Assembly: GCA_023229765.1 (NCBI GenBank)
Contig: JALNYO010000001.1
Span: 66,569 to 130,568 of the forward strand
DNA: 64,000 bases
Direction of reading: 5' to 3'
Origin: Syntrophales bacterium
GTDB taxonomy: Bacteria; Desulfobacterota; Syntrophia; Syntrophales; UBA5619
Part shown: positions 9,001 through 17,654 of the stretch, one piece after another
Layout of the letters: the number at the start of each line of letters is the position of its first letter
Position numbering within the stretch: the first letter of the stretch is position 1
Program-made: the position numbers and the translations under genes
Notes under the pieces: generated by a model
What the model was told of the DNA's origin: nothing
What the model saw: the letters and a program-made list of their open reading frames with translations, nothing else
The model's database searches: none

Positions 9001-9539
9001 TGGAAGAGAAAATCGCTATCCTGGAGGCGTTGATTTTTGCCTCGGAAACACCCCTTGCCGTCGAGAGGGTCGTCGAGATTTTCCCCGCTCTCAAGAAGCC
9101 TGAAATACTCAGTCTTTTTCAGGAACTGGCGGGGGAATATGAGAGGCGGGAAGGGGGCATCTCGCTTCAGGAGGTGGCAGGGGGTTTTCGTTTTCAGACA
9201 AGAATAGAAATGGCGCCCTGGGTCGGTAAATTGAAGGTGGTTCGTCCCACTTCCCTTTCTCCTTCCGCTCTGGAGACCCTGGCGATTATCGCCTATCGGC
9301 AGCCGGTTATGAAAGTGGAAATAGACCGGATCAGGGGCGTTGATACGGGCGGTGCACTGAAGGGGCTTTTAGAAAAAAAACTGGCAAGGATAGTAGGGAG
9401 AAAGGACGTTCCCGGAAAACCAATTATTTACGGAACATCGAAGAAATTCCTTGAGGTATTCAATTTGAAGGACCTTGCCGAATTGCCGACGCTTCGGGAA
9501 ATGAAGGATTTTCGCCCTGCCGGGGAAACCGAAGGTTAG
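9000..9539 (+). CDS. scpB: Segregation and condensation protein B
   Basis: ILEALIFASETPL...LAIIAYRQPV...IRGVD motifs. ATG 9000 overlaps the scpA TGA (TGATG). Confidence 0.92.
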   Translation: MEEKIAILEALIFASETPLAVERVVEIFPALKKPEILSLFQELAGEYERREGGISLQEVAGGFRFQTRIEMAPWVGKLKVVRPTSLSPSALETLAIIAYRQPVMKVEIDRIRGVDTGGALKGLLEKKLARIVGRKDVPGKPIIYGTSKKFLEVFNLKDLAELPTLREMKDFRPAGETEG

Positions 9540-9570
9540 GGGTAAAAGCTCAGGCGGAAGACGGAACAAA

Positions 9571-9749
9571 GGGCCTGTCCACAAATAACCTGGGCAAGAT
9601 TGCGCTCAGATTTGGGTTGGATTTGGTTGTGGCGATTGAACAAAACCGCAGACGTAGCAGCGCTACGTTGAGGATTTTGTAATTGAGCCACAGCCAAAGA
9701 TGGCCCAAAGATGAGATGCAAGATGTTCAGGTTATTTGTGGACAGGCCC
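9571..9749. mobile_element. 179 bp MITE-like element (copy 2, inverted relative to copy 1)
   Basis: It has the same 22 bp TIRs and matches the reverse complement of 6252-6430 with 4 mismatches. It is inserted between the scpB stop and the rluB start. Confidence 0.8.
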
Positions 9750-9790
9750 AAAGGTAGCGGTAGCGGGTTTTTGAGGGAAGGGTGTTCATC

Positions 9791-10537
9791 ATGGAAGAAC
9801 GATTGCAGAAGATTCTTGCCGGCGCCGGTGTCTCATCGCGACGCGCGGCGGAAAGAATGATCTCCGATGGCAGAATATCGGTAAACGGCGTAGTTGTACG
9901 CCAACAGGGAACGAAGGCTGATGCCGATCGTGATGAAATACGGGTGGACGGCAAGCTTATCTCCTGCGAAACGGAAAAGGTGTATATCGTTCTGAATAAA
10001 CCGAGCGGGTATGTCACCACCCTGAGCGATCCGGAGGGAAGGCCGATCGTGACGGATCTGCTCAGTGGGGTTGCCGAGCGGGTGTTCCCGGTGGGACGTC
10101 TCGACTATGACTCAGAGGGGCTGCTCCTTTTGACCAATGATGGCGATTTTGCCCAGTGCCTTCAGCATCCCCGCTTCAAGGTTCCCAAAACCTACCGCGT
10201 CAAGATCGAAGGGCGTCTGAACAGGCTTGAACTGCAAAGCCTGGAAAAGGGAATGGAGCTTCCCGATGGGAAGTTTGCCCCGTCATCAGTCATTATGGAA
10301 AAGGTCAATCCGAAAAGCACCTGGCTGCTGCTTACCATCCATGATGGAAGAAATCGTGTAATAAGACGGGCCTTTGATTCGCTTGGCCATTCCGTTACCC
10401 GTCTGATCCGCGTCTCTTTTGGCGATCTTACCCTCGATTCTCTCGGCGAAGGCGAGTGGCGAGCCCTGCGTCATGGAGAAGTAGGACAGTTGATGGCCCA
10501 GTCCCAAGCGCAAAAAAACAGCAAAAAATTAGCTTGA
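9791..10537 (+). CDS. rluB: 23S rRNA pseudouridine synthase RluB family
   Basis: S4 domain (RLQKILAGAGVSSRRAAERMISDGRISVNG) and catalytic VGRLDYDSEGLLLLTNDG. Confidence 0.9.
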   Translation: MEERLQKILAGAGVSSRRAAERMISDGRISVNGVVVRQQGTKADADRDEIRVDGKLISCETEKVYIVLNKPSGYVTTLSDPEGRPIVTDLLSGVAERVFPVGRLDYDSEGLLLLTNDGDFAQCLQHPRFKVPKTYRVKIEGRLNRLELQSLEKGMELPDGKFAPSSVIMEKVNPKSTWLLLTIHDGRNRVIRRAFDSLGHSVTRLIRVSFGDLTLDSLGEGEWRALRHGEVGQLMAQSQAQKNSKKLA

Positions 10538-10665
10538 CATTAACTGTAAAATAAATATAGTCCCCGAAAAACAAAGGTGTTTTACCAATTTTGTTTCAGC
10601 CCGTCGCAAATCGGGTTTATTATCAGGGCGGGTGCCGCCGGCAGCAATAATTTAAGGAGGAATTA

Positions 10666-10947
10666 ATGAACAAATCAGAGCTTATCGAGGCGCTGAGCCA
10701 AAAGGAAGAATTAACTGAGAAACTGGCAATGGACGTGGTTAATCTCGTTTTCGACGGTTTTTCCGAGGAATTGGCGAAGGGCGGAAGAATTGAGATCCGG
10801 GGTTTCGGCAGTTTCGTTGTCCGAGAGTACGACGCTTACACCGGCAGAAATCCCAAGACAGGGAAAAGCATAAAGGTTTCCCCCAAGAAGCTGCCTTTCT
10901 TTAAAGTCGGCAAGGAACTCAAGGAAAGGGTTGACGGCAGACGTTAA
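10666..10947 (+). CDS. ihfB: Integration host factor subunit beta
   Basis: MNKSELIEAL...GGRIEIRGFGSFVVRE...GRNPKTGKSIKV. RIEIRGFGSF is the IHF-beta signature. Confidence 0.8.
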   Translation: MNKSELIEALSQKEELTEKLAMDVVNLVFDGFSEELAKGGRIEIRGFGSFVVREYDAYTGRNPKTGKSIKVSPKKLPFFKVGKELKERVDGRR

Positions 10948-10991
10948 TTCTTTCGCAGGTTATTCATAATTTTTACAGATAGCTTAATGCA

Positions 10992-11034
10992 GGCAAGCCG
11001 TGATTGTTACTGGTCACCGGCTTGCCTTTGTGTT
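10992..11034 (+). terminator. Rho-independent terminator after ihfB
   Basis: GGCAAGCCG-17 nt-CGGCTTGCC (9 bp perfect) followed by TTTGTGTT. Confidence 0.6.
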
Positions 11035-11074
11035 GCAGCTTAGGCGTGTCTTTTGCTTGACGTCTGTAACCGGT

Positions 11075-11770
11075 TCAGGTCAGCATTCCCTCTTCGCGAA
11101 AACTGAAGAAGCGGTCTTCGCCGACTATGATATGGTCGTGAACGTTGATGTCGAGCAGCCGCGCTGTTTCACTGATTGTTTTGGTGATGCGCAGGTCTGC
11201 CTCCGAGGGGCGCACATGTCCTGACGGGTGGTTATGTACCAGGATGATAGCCGAGGCCTTTTTCCGGAGGGCATTTTCCAGCACCTGTCGGGGATATACC
11301 GTTGCCTGATTAACCGTTCCTTTCTGCAGCGTTTCAAATTCTATTATCTGGTTTTGCACATCGAGATAGATAACGCAGAACTCTTCGTCTCTTTTGCCTC
11401 CCAAGATCGTCCGGCAGAAGTTGATAAGCTCGGAGGTGCAGGAAATCTGCGGCTTCTCTTTGGCCTTCTGCTGCAAATACAAGGCGGAACCCTCCTTAAG
11501 CAGTTTAAAAAGGATTGCCGTATGGTCGCTTATGCCGTCAATCTTCTTCAATTCCGCTGGCTCCGCATCAATAATCCCTTTCAGGGAGCCGAACCGCGAC
11601 AAAAGCTCCTTGGCGAGCGGTTTTATGTCACGGCGGGAAATCGCATAGGTGAGAAGCAGCTCCACGACCTCGTAATCGTGGAGTGCCTCTATCCCCGCCT
11701 TTATATATTTCATTTTGAGCCGCTGGCGATGGCCGCTGTTGTAATCTTTTTCATCCACGGTATTTGTCAT
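11075..11770 (-). CDS. radC: RadC-family JAB/MPN domain protein
   Basis: GHRQRLKMKY..., an HhH region (LLSRFGSLKGIIDAEPAELKKIDGI) and the JAMM motif LVHNHPSGHVRPSEADLRITK. Confidence 0.9.
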   Translation of the reverse strand: MTNTVDEKDYNSGHRQRLKMKYIKAGIEALHDYEVVELLLTYAISRRDIKPLAKELLSRFGSLKGIIDAEPAELKKIDGISDHTAILFKLLKEGSALYLQQKAKEKPQISCTSELINFCRTILGGKRDEEFCVIYLDVQNQIIEFETLQKGTVNQATVYPRQVLENALRKKASAIILVHNHPSGHVRPSEADLRITKTISETARLLDINVHDHIIVGEDRFFSFREEGMLT

Positions 11771-11814
11771 TGTCCTGTATCGTCACCTCTTGAAAAATGG
11801 GTCAACCCTGCATA

Positions 11815-13446
11815 CTATTCCGGCGGAAGCATGATCCGGCCTGTAGCAACCATTTCCCGAAGCTCTTTTTTGCTGAATTTTCCGACGCTTGTTTTAGGGA
11901 TAACGTCGAGGAAGGCAAAATGGTCGGGGATCCACCAGGATGCCTTGACCTTATCCCGCAAGAATTCCCTGAGCTCCTCTGCGGTTGCGGATTGCCCCGC
12001 ATTCAGGACAACGCAGCCCAAAGGGCGTTCAACCCATTTGCTGTGGGGGATGCCGATTACGGCGGCCTCGGCTACCGCCGGGTGGGCCATTATGAGATTT
12101 TCCAGGTCAACAGAGGATATCCACTCGCCCCCGCTCTTCACAAGGTCTTTTGTCCGATCAACGAGGTAAACGTAGCCATCTTCGTCTATCGTTCCAATGT
12201 CGCCGGTGTGGAACCAGCCTCCCTCAAAAACTTTCTTCGATATCTCCGGCGCCTTGTAGTATTGGTCAGCTATCCATGGCCCCCGCAGGAGGATTTCTCC
12301 CCACTGCTTTCCATCATTTTTTACCTCCTGACCGGTTTCGTTGACTATTTTCATCTCCAGACCGGTTGCCAGCAGACCGGCGCTTGATTTAACGCTGTAG
12401 AGTTTATCCATAGGAAGGTTGGTCATCGTGCTTTTCGGTGCGGCCACCATTGCCAACGGTGAGGCCTCGGTCATGCCGTAGGCCTGCATGATCGGAAAGC
12501 CGTACTTTTCATTCAGCGTTTCCATGAGAAAGCGGGGACACGCAGAGCCACCGGAAACAATGGTCTTGAGTGACGAGAAATCGTATTTCCCGCCATTTTC
12601 AAGATAGTTGTAAAGCATAAGCCAGATGGTCGGGACCCCAGCCGTGAAGGTTACCTTTTCATCGGCGATGGCTTTGCAGATTGCCTCCATGTTGATCGTT
12701 TCCCGCCCCGGGAGAATCTGCTTGCAGCCGAAACCGACACAGGCAAAGGGGCCTCCCCAGGCGTTGGCGTGGAACATGGGAACTATATGCAGAGCGCAGT
12801 CGCCTTCTGAAACGCGAAGCGTTACCGCTGCGGCGTAGCTGTGCAGCACGAGAGCCCTGTGGGAATAGACAACTCCTTTGGGATCTCCGGTAGTTGCCGA
12901 TGTGTAACAGATCAGCGCCGGGTCATGTTCGCTCAAATTATCGGGGAAATCATAGCTGTCCGGAAAAGGGGCGATGAGATCGTCGTATAGATGGACCGGC
13001 GAGAGGCTGGTTTGAGGCAGCTTGCCTGTCTGTGAAAGGATGACGTAATGTTTGACAGTTGTCAGCTGATCCTTGATGGCGTCAATGATAAATACCAGGT
13101 CCTCGTCGATGAAGAGCACCTTGTCTTCAGCGTGGTTGATAATGTAAACAAGATGCGGAAGGGGAAGGCGAAAGTTTGTTGTATGCAGAACAGCCCCACT
13201 GCAAGGGACGCCGAAATACAATTCGAGGTGACGATGGGTGTTGAGCGCAAGACTTGCCACATGGTCGCCGCGTTTCACCCCGAGCTGCTGAAGGGCGTGC
13301 GCCAGGCGGCAGGTGCGTTTAAAGAAATCCGCATAGGTATAACGGAATATTTTATTGCCGGGATAAATGGACACCACTTCCTTTTTGGGAAAAAATTTTG
13401 CCGCATGTAAAAGAAAGGTCCTCAGTAACAACTGATAATCCATCAT
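11815..13446 (-). CDS. AMP-dependent acyl-CoA synthetase (long/medium-chain fatty-acid--CoA ligase type)
   Basis: YTSATTGDPKGVVYSHRAL (AMP-binding motif I), GMTE, and GWFHTGDIGTIDEDGYVYLVDRTKD. ATG at 13446 is preceded by GGAGGAGGA. The GTG at 13482 is less likely. Confidence 0.88.
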   Translation of the reverse strand: MMDYQLLLRTFLLHAAKFFPKKEVVSIYPGNKIFRYTYADFFKRTCRLAHALQQLGVKRGDHVASLALNTHRHLELYFGVPCSGAVLHTTNFRLPLPHLVYIINHAEDKVLFIDEDLVFIIDAIKDQLTTVKHYVILSQTGKLPQTSLSPVHLYDDLIAPFPDSYDFPDNLSEHDPALICYTSATTGDPKGVVYSHRALVLHSYAAAVTLRVSEGDCALHIVPMFHANAWGGPFACVGFGCKQILPGRETINMEAICKAIADEKVTFTAGVPTIWLMLYNYLENGGKYDFSSLKTIVSGGSACPRFLMETLNEKYGFPIMQAYGMTEASPLAMVAAPKSTMTNLPMDKLYSVKSSAGLLATGLEMKIVNETGQEVKNDGKQWGEILLRGPWIADQYYKAPEISKKVFEGGWFHTGDIGTIDEDGYVYLVDRTKDLVKSGGEWISSVDLENLIMAHPAVAEAAVIGIPHSKWVERPLGCVVLNAGQSATAEELREFLRDKVKASWWIPDHFAFLDVIPKTSVGKFSKKELREMVATGRIMLPPE

Positions 13447-13486
13447 GGCTTTCTCCTCCTCCCTACAGAAAATTTTCGTCACTGTT

Positions 13487-14461
13487 TCATCTGTTCGCCT
13501 TTTTGAAATTAGCCCTTTTCAGCAGATCCAGCCAGATAATATATACTATCATTGACGCAGTGCAGACGGCCGCAGGAATGGCGGCCTCCTTCCCAAACAG
13601 TGTCAGGGCAAGGCCGCCCGCCATGCCCTGATTTTTCAGGGACCCGAGCAAGACGAGGCTCGTGCGCGTTGGAGCGGAAATTTTTAAAAACCCGCCAATC
13701 CTTTCTATCAGAAAGCCGAGGATAAAGTTTGTTGAGAAGGGGATGACTGCTACGGCCAGTAAAACGGGCTGGAGGCTGAGGAAAACGGCGCTGTTTAATC
13801 CCACCAGCGTGTACATGACCAGGAAGAAACTCCAGTTCGTTATTCCGCCTGCCCAGGGGGATATTTTTTTGCTCCAGCCCCTCCAGATCAGAAGGCGCGA
13901 GATGATGAGCGGCAGGATTATCAGTTCAAGTACGACCACCAGCAGTTTGAGCGGCGCAAAAGCCTCCGGACTGAGCAGCGTAAAGGCAATCAGCGGCATG
14001 ACAACCAGCCCCCCAAGGTAGGCGCCGGCTGTCCCTATTAAAGATAAATCGCTGTTTCCCTTGAGAAAACCAGAAAAAGGTATAACCGCCACGGCGGGGG
14101 GGACTGCTGCGAGCAGGACAGTGCCGGCCCAGAGTTTTTCATCCTTCAGCAAAATGGCGCCGAGCCCGATAATAATGCCGCTCAAGAGGATGTAGTTCAT
14201 GAGGATGCCGATAAAGGCGGGTAAAAGGAGCGTGCGGGGCCGGCGGAAGAGGTCATTGCCGATTTCCATGGTCGATAGGATCATTGTCAGGGCGAGCGCC
14301 GGCAGGATCAGTTGACTCGTTGTCTCGGAGGCACCGGGCAAAAACAGCCCCAGAACCAAAGCTGCAATAAAGATGAAATTTCTATTTCGTAACAACCCGT
14401 TCAGGGTGATCATGGGCGCGCCTTTATCGACGATGTCTTTGGCAACTGTGGTTATCTGCAA
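13487..14461 (-). CDS. Polytopic membrane transporter, bile acid:Na+ symporter (BASS/SBF)-like
   Basis: About 9-10 hydrophobic helices, and LLGSLKNQGMAGGLAL resembles the BASS KN..A motif. The start may be the internal ATG at 14413 (MITLNGLL). Confidence 0.45.
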   Translation of the reverse strand: MQITTVAKDIVDKGAPMITLNGLLRNRNFIFIAALVLGLFLPGASETTSQLILPALALTMILSTMEIGNDLFRRPRTLLLPAFIGILMNYILLSGIIIGLGAILLKDEKLWAGTVLLAAVPPAVAVIPFSGFLKGNSDLSLIGTAGAYLGGLVVMPLIAFTLLSPEAFAPLKLLVVVLELIILPLIISRLLIWRGWSKKISPWAGGITNWSFFLVMYTLVGLNSAVFLSLQPVLLAVAVIPFSTNFILGFLIERIGGFLKISAPTRTSLVLLGSLKNQGMAGGLALTLFGKEAAIPAAVCTASMIVYIIWLDLLKRANFKKANR

Positions 14462-14552
14462 AGGGCTGATTATTAATTACAAACAGATATTTGAATTAAA
14501 GTCAAGAAATCCCCGCTTAGCCTCAGTGGGACCGAGGGGGATTCCCGATTTC

Positions 14553-15380
14553 TTATTGAACATAAGCTGATTTGCTTCGTTTCGCTATCCCTTTCACACT
14601 CTTGACGATGGCCAGCAATATCCCGCTGGTGAGGATAATCGAGGCGCCGGAGGGAAACTCAAGGGAGTATGAGATAAAAAGGCCGAGCAGACAGCTTGCG
14701 ATTCCGAAGAAAATGGCAAGGACAATAATTTTGCGGAAGTTCATGGACAGCTCGGAGGCAATCGCAACGGGGATGGTCAAGAGAGCGATGACGAGAAGAA
14801 TGCCGACGACCTGGATCAAGGTCACGATAGTGAGGGCGGCAAGGACGGTAAGGCCGGTTTTCAGTCCTTGAACAGGCAGATGTCTGGCCTGGGCGAATTC
14901 CTCATCGAGGGCGATGGCGACAAAACCTTTGTAGAAGATCGCGACGGTTATAACGACGATAAAAACGATGATGAGCATGATAGCTACATCCGTTCGGGGA
15001 ACGGTCAGGATGTTTCCGAAAAGGAAGCTCAGCAGATCGGGGGCGTAGCCGGGGGTCAGATGGACAAAAACAATGCCGATGGCGACGCCTACGGCCCAAA
15101 ATATCCCGATGAAAAGGTCGTTTTGACTGAGTTTCTTCTCTTCGAGCGAGCTCAGAAAGAGAGCTGCCGCAAGTACGAAGACAGTTGCCCCGTAAATGGG
15201 CCTTATCCCCAGCCAGTAAGCGATGCCGAGTCCGCCGAAGGCGGTGTGACTGAGCCCGCCGCTGATGAAAACCATCCTCCGGGCAACGATAAAAGGGCCG
15301 ATCAGGCCGCAGGCGATGCTGGCCAGGATGGCGGCGAAAAGCGCGTTTTGCATGAACTCGTAGGATAAGATGTCGGTCAC
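14553..15380 (-). CDS. znuB: Metal (Zn/Mn) ABC transporter permease
   Basis: YEFMQNALFAAILASIACGLIGPFIVARRM...GGLSHTAFGG is the ABC-3 family pattern. Confidence 0.88.
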   Translation of the reverse strand: MTDILSYEFMQNALFAAILASIACGLIGPFIVARRMVFISGGLSHTAFGGLGIAYWLGIRPIYGATVFVLAAALFLSSLEEKKLSQNDLFIGIFWAVGVAIGIVFVHLTPGYAPDLLSFLFGNILTVPRTDVAIMLIIVFIVVITVAIFYKGFVAIALDEEFAQARHLPVQGLKTGLTVLAALTIVTLIQVVGILLVIALLTIPVAIASELSMNFRKIIVLAIFFGIASCLLGLFISYSLEFPSGASIILTSGILLAIVKSVKGIAKRSKSAYVQ

Positions 15381-16132
15381 GTTTTTTTCACCTCCTGATG
15401 AGAGGGCAGGAGCGTATGGGGGATTCCGTGTCCCAGCAGTTCCACCGGGCAGCCGTAAACCTTCTCCAGAGTCGTTTCGCTCAACTCCCCCCGTTCATGG
15501 CAGTAGATGTTTGTGTTGAGACAGGCTATGTGTTGATAGATATTTGCATACGGGGTCGGGTCGTGGGTAACGACGACGATGCTCATTTCCTGCTGCAATT
15601 TTCCAAGGATGTCGATCAGGTCTGTCTGCGAGGCTATGTCCAGGGCGGTTGTCGGTTCGTCGAGGAACAGGGCGATCGGGGCGGCGACGAGGGCGCGGGC
15701 GATCAGAACCCGCTGCAACTGGCCGCCGGAAAGGTCGGTGATGTTGTCGTTCAGTTTATCATCAAGAGAAAGTTTCTGCAAAATGCTTCTGCTTTTTTCA
15801 ATGCTTTCCCGGGAGCTTTGCTTCAGATAGTTGTCCCCGTGGATACAGCCGGTGCGGACCATGTCCAGAACGGAAATAGGAAAGCTTCGGTTGAATCCCG
15901 TCGTCTGAGGGACATAGCCGAGGCGATTTTTGGCATCGCCGCGGAAACTTATTTTTCCCGACCAGGGGGTGAGAATGCCGAGGATCAATTTCAGCAGGGT
16001 TGACTTCCCCCCCCCATTCGGGCCGATGATGAGGATAAAATCTCGTTCCCATATCTGTAACGACACATCCTCCAGTACGGCTCTTTTCCCGTAGCCATAG
16101 GCGACGTTCTCAACCTTAATGATGCTTTCCAT
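15377..16132 (-). CDS. znuC: Metal ABC transporter ATP-binding protein
   Basis: Walker A GPNGGGKSTLLK, signature LSGGQLQRVLIARAL and Walker B LFLDEP. Confidence 0.9.
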   Translation of the reverse strand: MESIIKVENVAYGYGKRAVLEDVSLQIWERDFILIIGPNGGGKSTLLKLILGILTPWSGKISFRGDAKNRLGYVPQTTGFNRSFPISVLDMVRTGCIHGDNYLKQSSRESIEKSRSILQKLSLDDKLNDNITDLSGGQLQRVLIARALVAAPIALFLDEPTTALDIASQTDLIDILGKLQQEMSIVVVTHDPTPYANIYQHIACLNTNIYCHERGELSETTLEKVYGCPVELLGHGIPHTLLPSHQEVKKT

Positions 16133-16145
16133 TACAATTGCGCCC

Positions 16146-16988
16146 CTATTTTGTCAGAACGTGCGTCAGCGCGCCGGTGAATGTTCTCAACTCGCTTGGC
16201 CAGTTGCGCCCGAGCGGATTCACCTCGAAAATCCTCCCCCCCAGCTCACGGGCAATAGTTCGGGCGTTCCTGGCGTCAAAACCTTTTTGAACCAGCACGT
16301 CGCGCATGCCCTTTTTTCGCGCGAGATCGATAATGCCGCGGATGCGGGCGGCATTGCCCGGTTTTCCCTCTTCTTCAATCGGAATCTGAACGAGGTTGTA
16401 TTCGTCGGCAAAGTATCCCCAGGCCGGGTGGTAAACCATAAAGCTGTAGCCGCCCTTGCCTTGCAGCGACTTTCTGATCCCTTGATCCAGACGGTCGATC
16501 TCCGCAAGAAACTCCGCCAAATTTCTTTCATACTCATCCTTGTGGGAAGGGTCATAGATTACAAGGGCTTTGGCAATATTAGCGGCGGCGATTCGCACCG
16601 ACGCCGGCGAGGTCCAGGTATGCGGGTCGCCCGTGCGCAATTTCAACCCTGCGGAGGAGTCAATTATGGTCAGGTGGGGATTGCGATCAAGGAAGGTCAA
16701 GAGGAATTTCTTCTCGAAGGGGAAAGTCGGCGCTCCGACCTTTACATACATTCGTGAGTGGGAAAGGTTGATGAGCTGCCGGGGGGTTGGTTCGTAGGTG
16801 TCCGGATTCGCGCCGCCGGGGATCATGATATGAGTAGAGACGTGATTTTTCCCAATCCGTTCCGCGAAATAGGCCTGCGGCGGGACGCTGACGGCGATGT
16901 CGATCTTTTCGGAGGCGGCGAAGGCGGGGAATGTTACAAAAAACATCAAAAATGCCGTAATAATGATGGGAAATTGTTTTTTCATCAT
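16146..16988 (-). CDS. znuA: Metal ABC transporter substrate-binding protein (TroA/ZnuA family)
   Basis: Signal peptide MMKKQFPIIITAFLMFFVTFPAFA, then ...NPDTYEPTPRQ...DPHTW. ATG 16988 was chosen. The track start at 17042 would overlap zur. Confidence 0.85.
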   Translation of the reverse strand: MMKKQFPIIITAFLMFFVTFPAFAASEKIDIAVSVPPQAYFAERIGKNHVSTHIMIPGGANPDTYEPTPRQLINLSHSRMYVKVGAPTFPFEKKFLLTFLDRNPHLTIIDSSAGLKLRTGDPHTWTSPASVRIAAANIAKALVIYDPSHKDEYERNLAEFLAEIDRLDQGIRKSLQGKGGYSFMVYHPAWGYFADEYNLVQIPIEEEGKPGNAARIRGIIDLARKKGMRDVLVQKGFDARNARTIARELGGRIFEVNPLGRNWPSELRTFTGALTHVLTK

Positions 16989-17001
16989 AGCCTTTCCGTT
17001 G

Positions 17002-17487
17002 TTACATTTGACGCTCAGTATGGTCAGCAGGAATGGATGCAAGCGTGTTGCTATTTTCTGCCTGTTGGCAGGGCGCGCAAATCCCCGTCAGTTGCACGTC
17101 GATTTTCTCGATAGAAAAATCGGCGGGCTGGGCCAGCCAATCCCAAGCTTGAGAAAGGGTTAACGAAGGCAGGCAGATGATGCGCCCGCAGCTCCGGCAG
17201 CGGAAATGGGGGTGAACCGGATTATGGGCGCAGGCCATTTCATAAGAGCTGATTCCATGTCCGTTTTCTATTTCCCTGATGATGCCGCTGTCACGAAGGG
17301 ATGAAAGGATGCGGTAAACGGTAACCCGGTTGATCCTGATTTCCCCGGTCGTTTGCTGGAGGATTTCATTTGCGTTGAGCGGGTGGTCAGTGCCGAGCAG
17401 CGATTCCAGAACGGCCATTCTCTGCGCTGTCTTCGCAAGTCCCGAATTTTTTAGGGTTTCAGAAGCGTCGCACTGTTCTGTTCTCAT
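17002..17487 (-). CDS. zur: Fur-family metalloregulator, probable Zur
   Basis: Winged helix (RINRVTVYRILSSLRDSGII), HPHFRCRSCGRI and ...CAPC metal sites. It is the first gene of the znuABC operon. Confidence 0.8.
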   Translation of the reverse strand: MRTEQCDASETLKNSGLAKTAQRMAVLESLLGTDHPLNANEILQQTTGEIRINRVTVYRILSSLRDSGIIREIENGHGISSYEMACAHNPVHPHFRCRSCGRIICLPSLTLSQAWDWLAQPADFSIEKIDVQLTGICAPCQQAENSNTLASIPADHTERQM

Positions 17488-17547
17488 CGCATTTTCCCCT
17501 TCCAGTTTAATCTTTCACAACCATTTATCATGAATGCAACCTATTTG

Positions 17548-17568
17548 CAAACAATAGAATTTTGTTTG
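17548..17568. promoter_or_regulatory. Inverted repeat CAAACAA-N7-TTGTTTG in the zur / activase divergent region (candidate Fur/Zur-type operator)
   Basis: The perfect 7 bp arms were read directly. It abuts TTGACA (17569-17574), a 17 nt spacer and TATATC (17592-17597), which faces the + strand gene at 17655. Confidence 0.3.
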
Positions 17569-17654
17569 TTGACAATGTCGGAAACGGGGATTATATCCAC
17601 TTTCCAATAAGCGGATTGCGAACGGGGTCGGGCGGGTAAAAAAGGCGAAACGGT

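Noticed and set aside
11228-12387. + strand ORFs of 313 aa and 196 aa
   Set aside because: They are antisense to radC and the acyl-CoA synthetase, both of which have clear family motifs on the minus strand.
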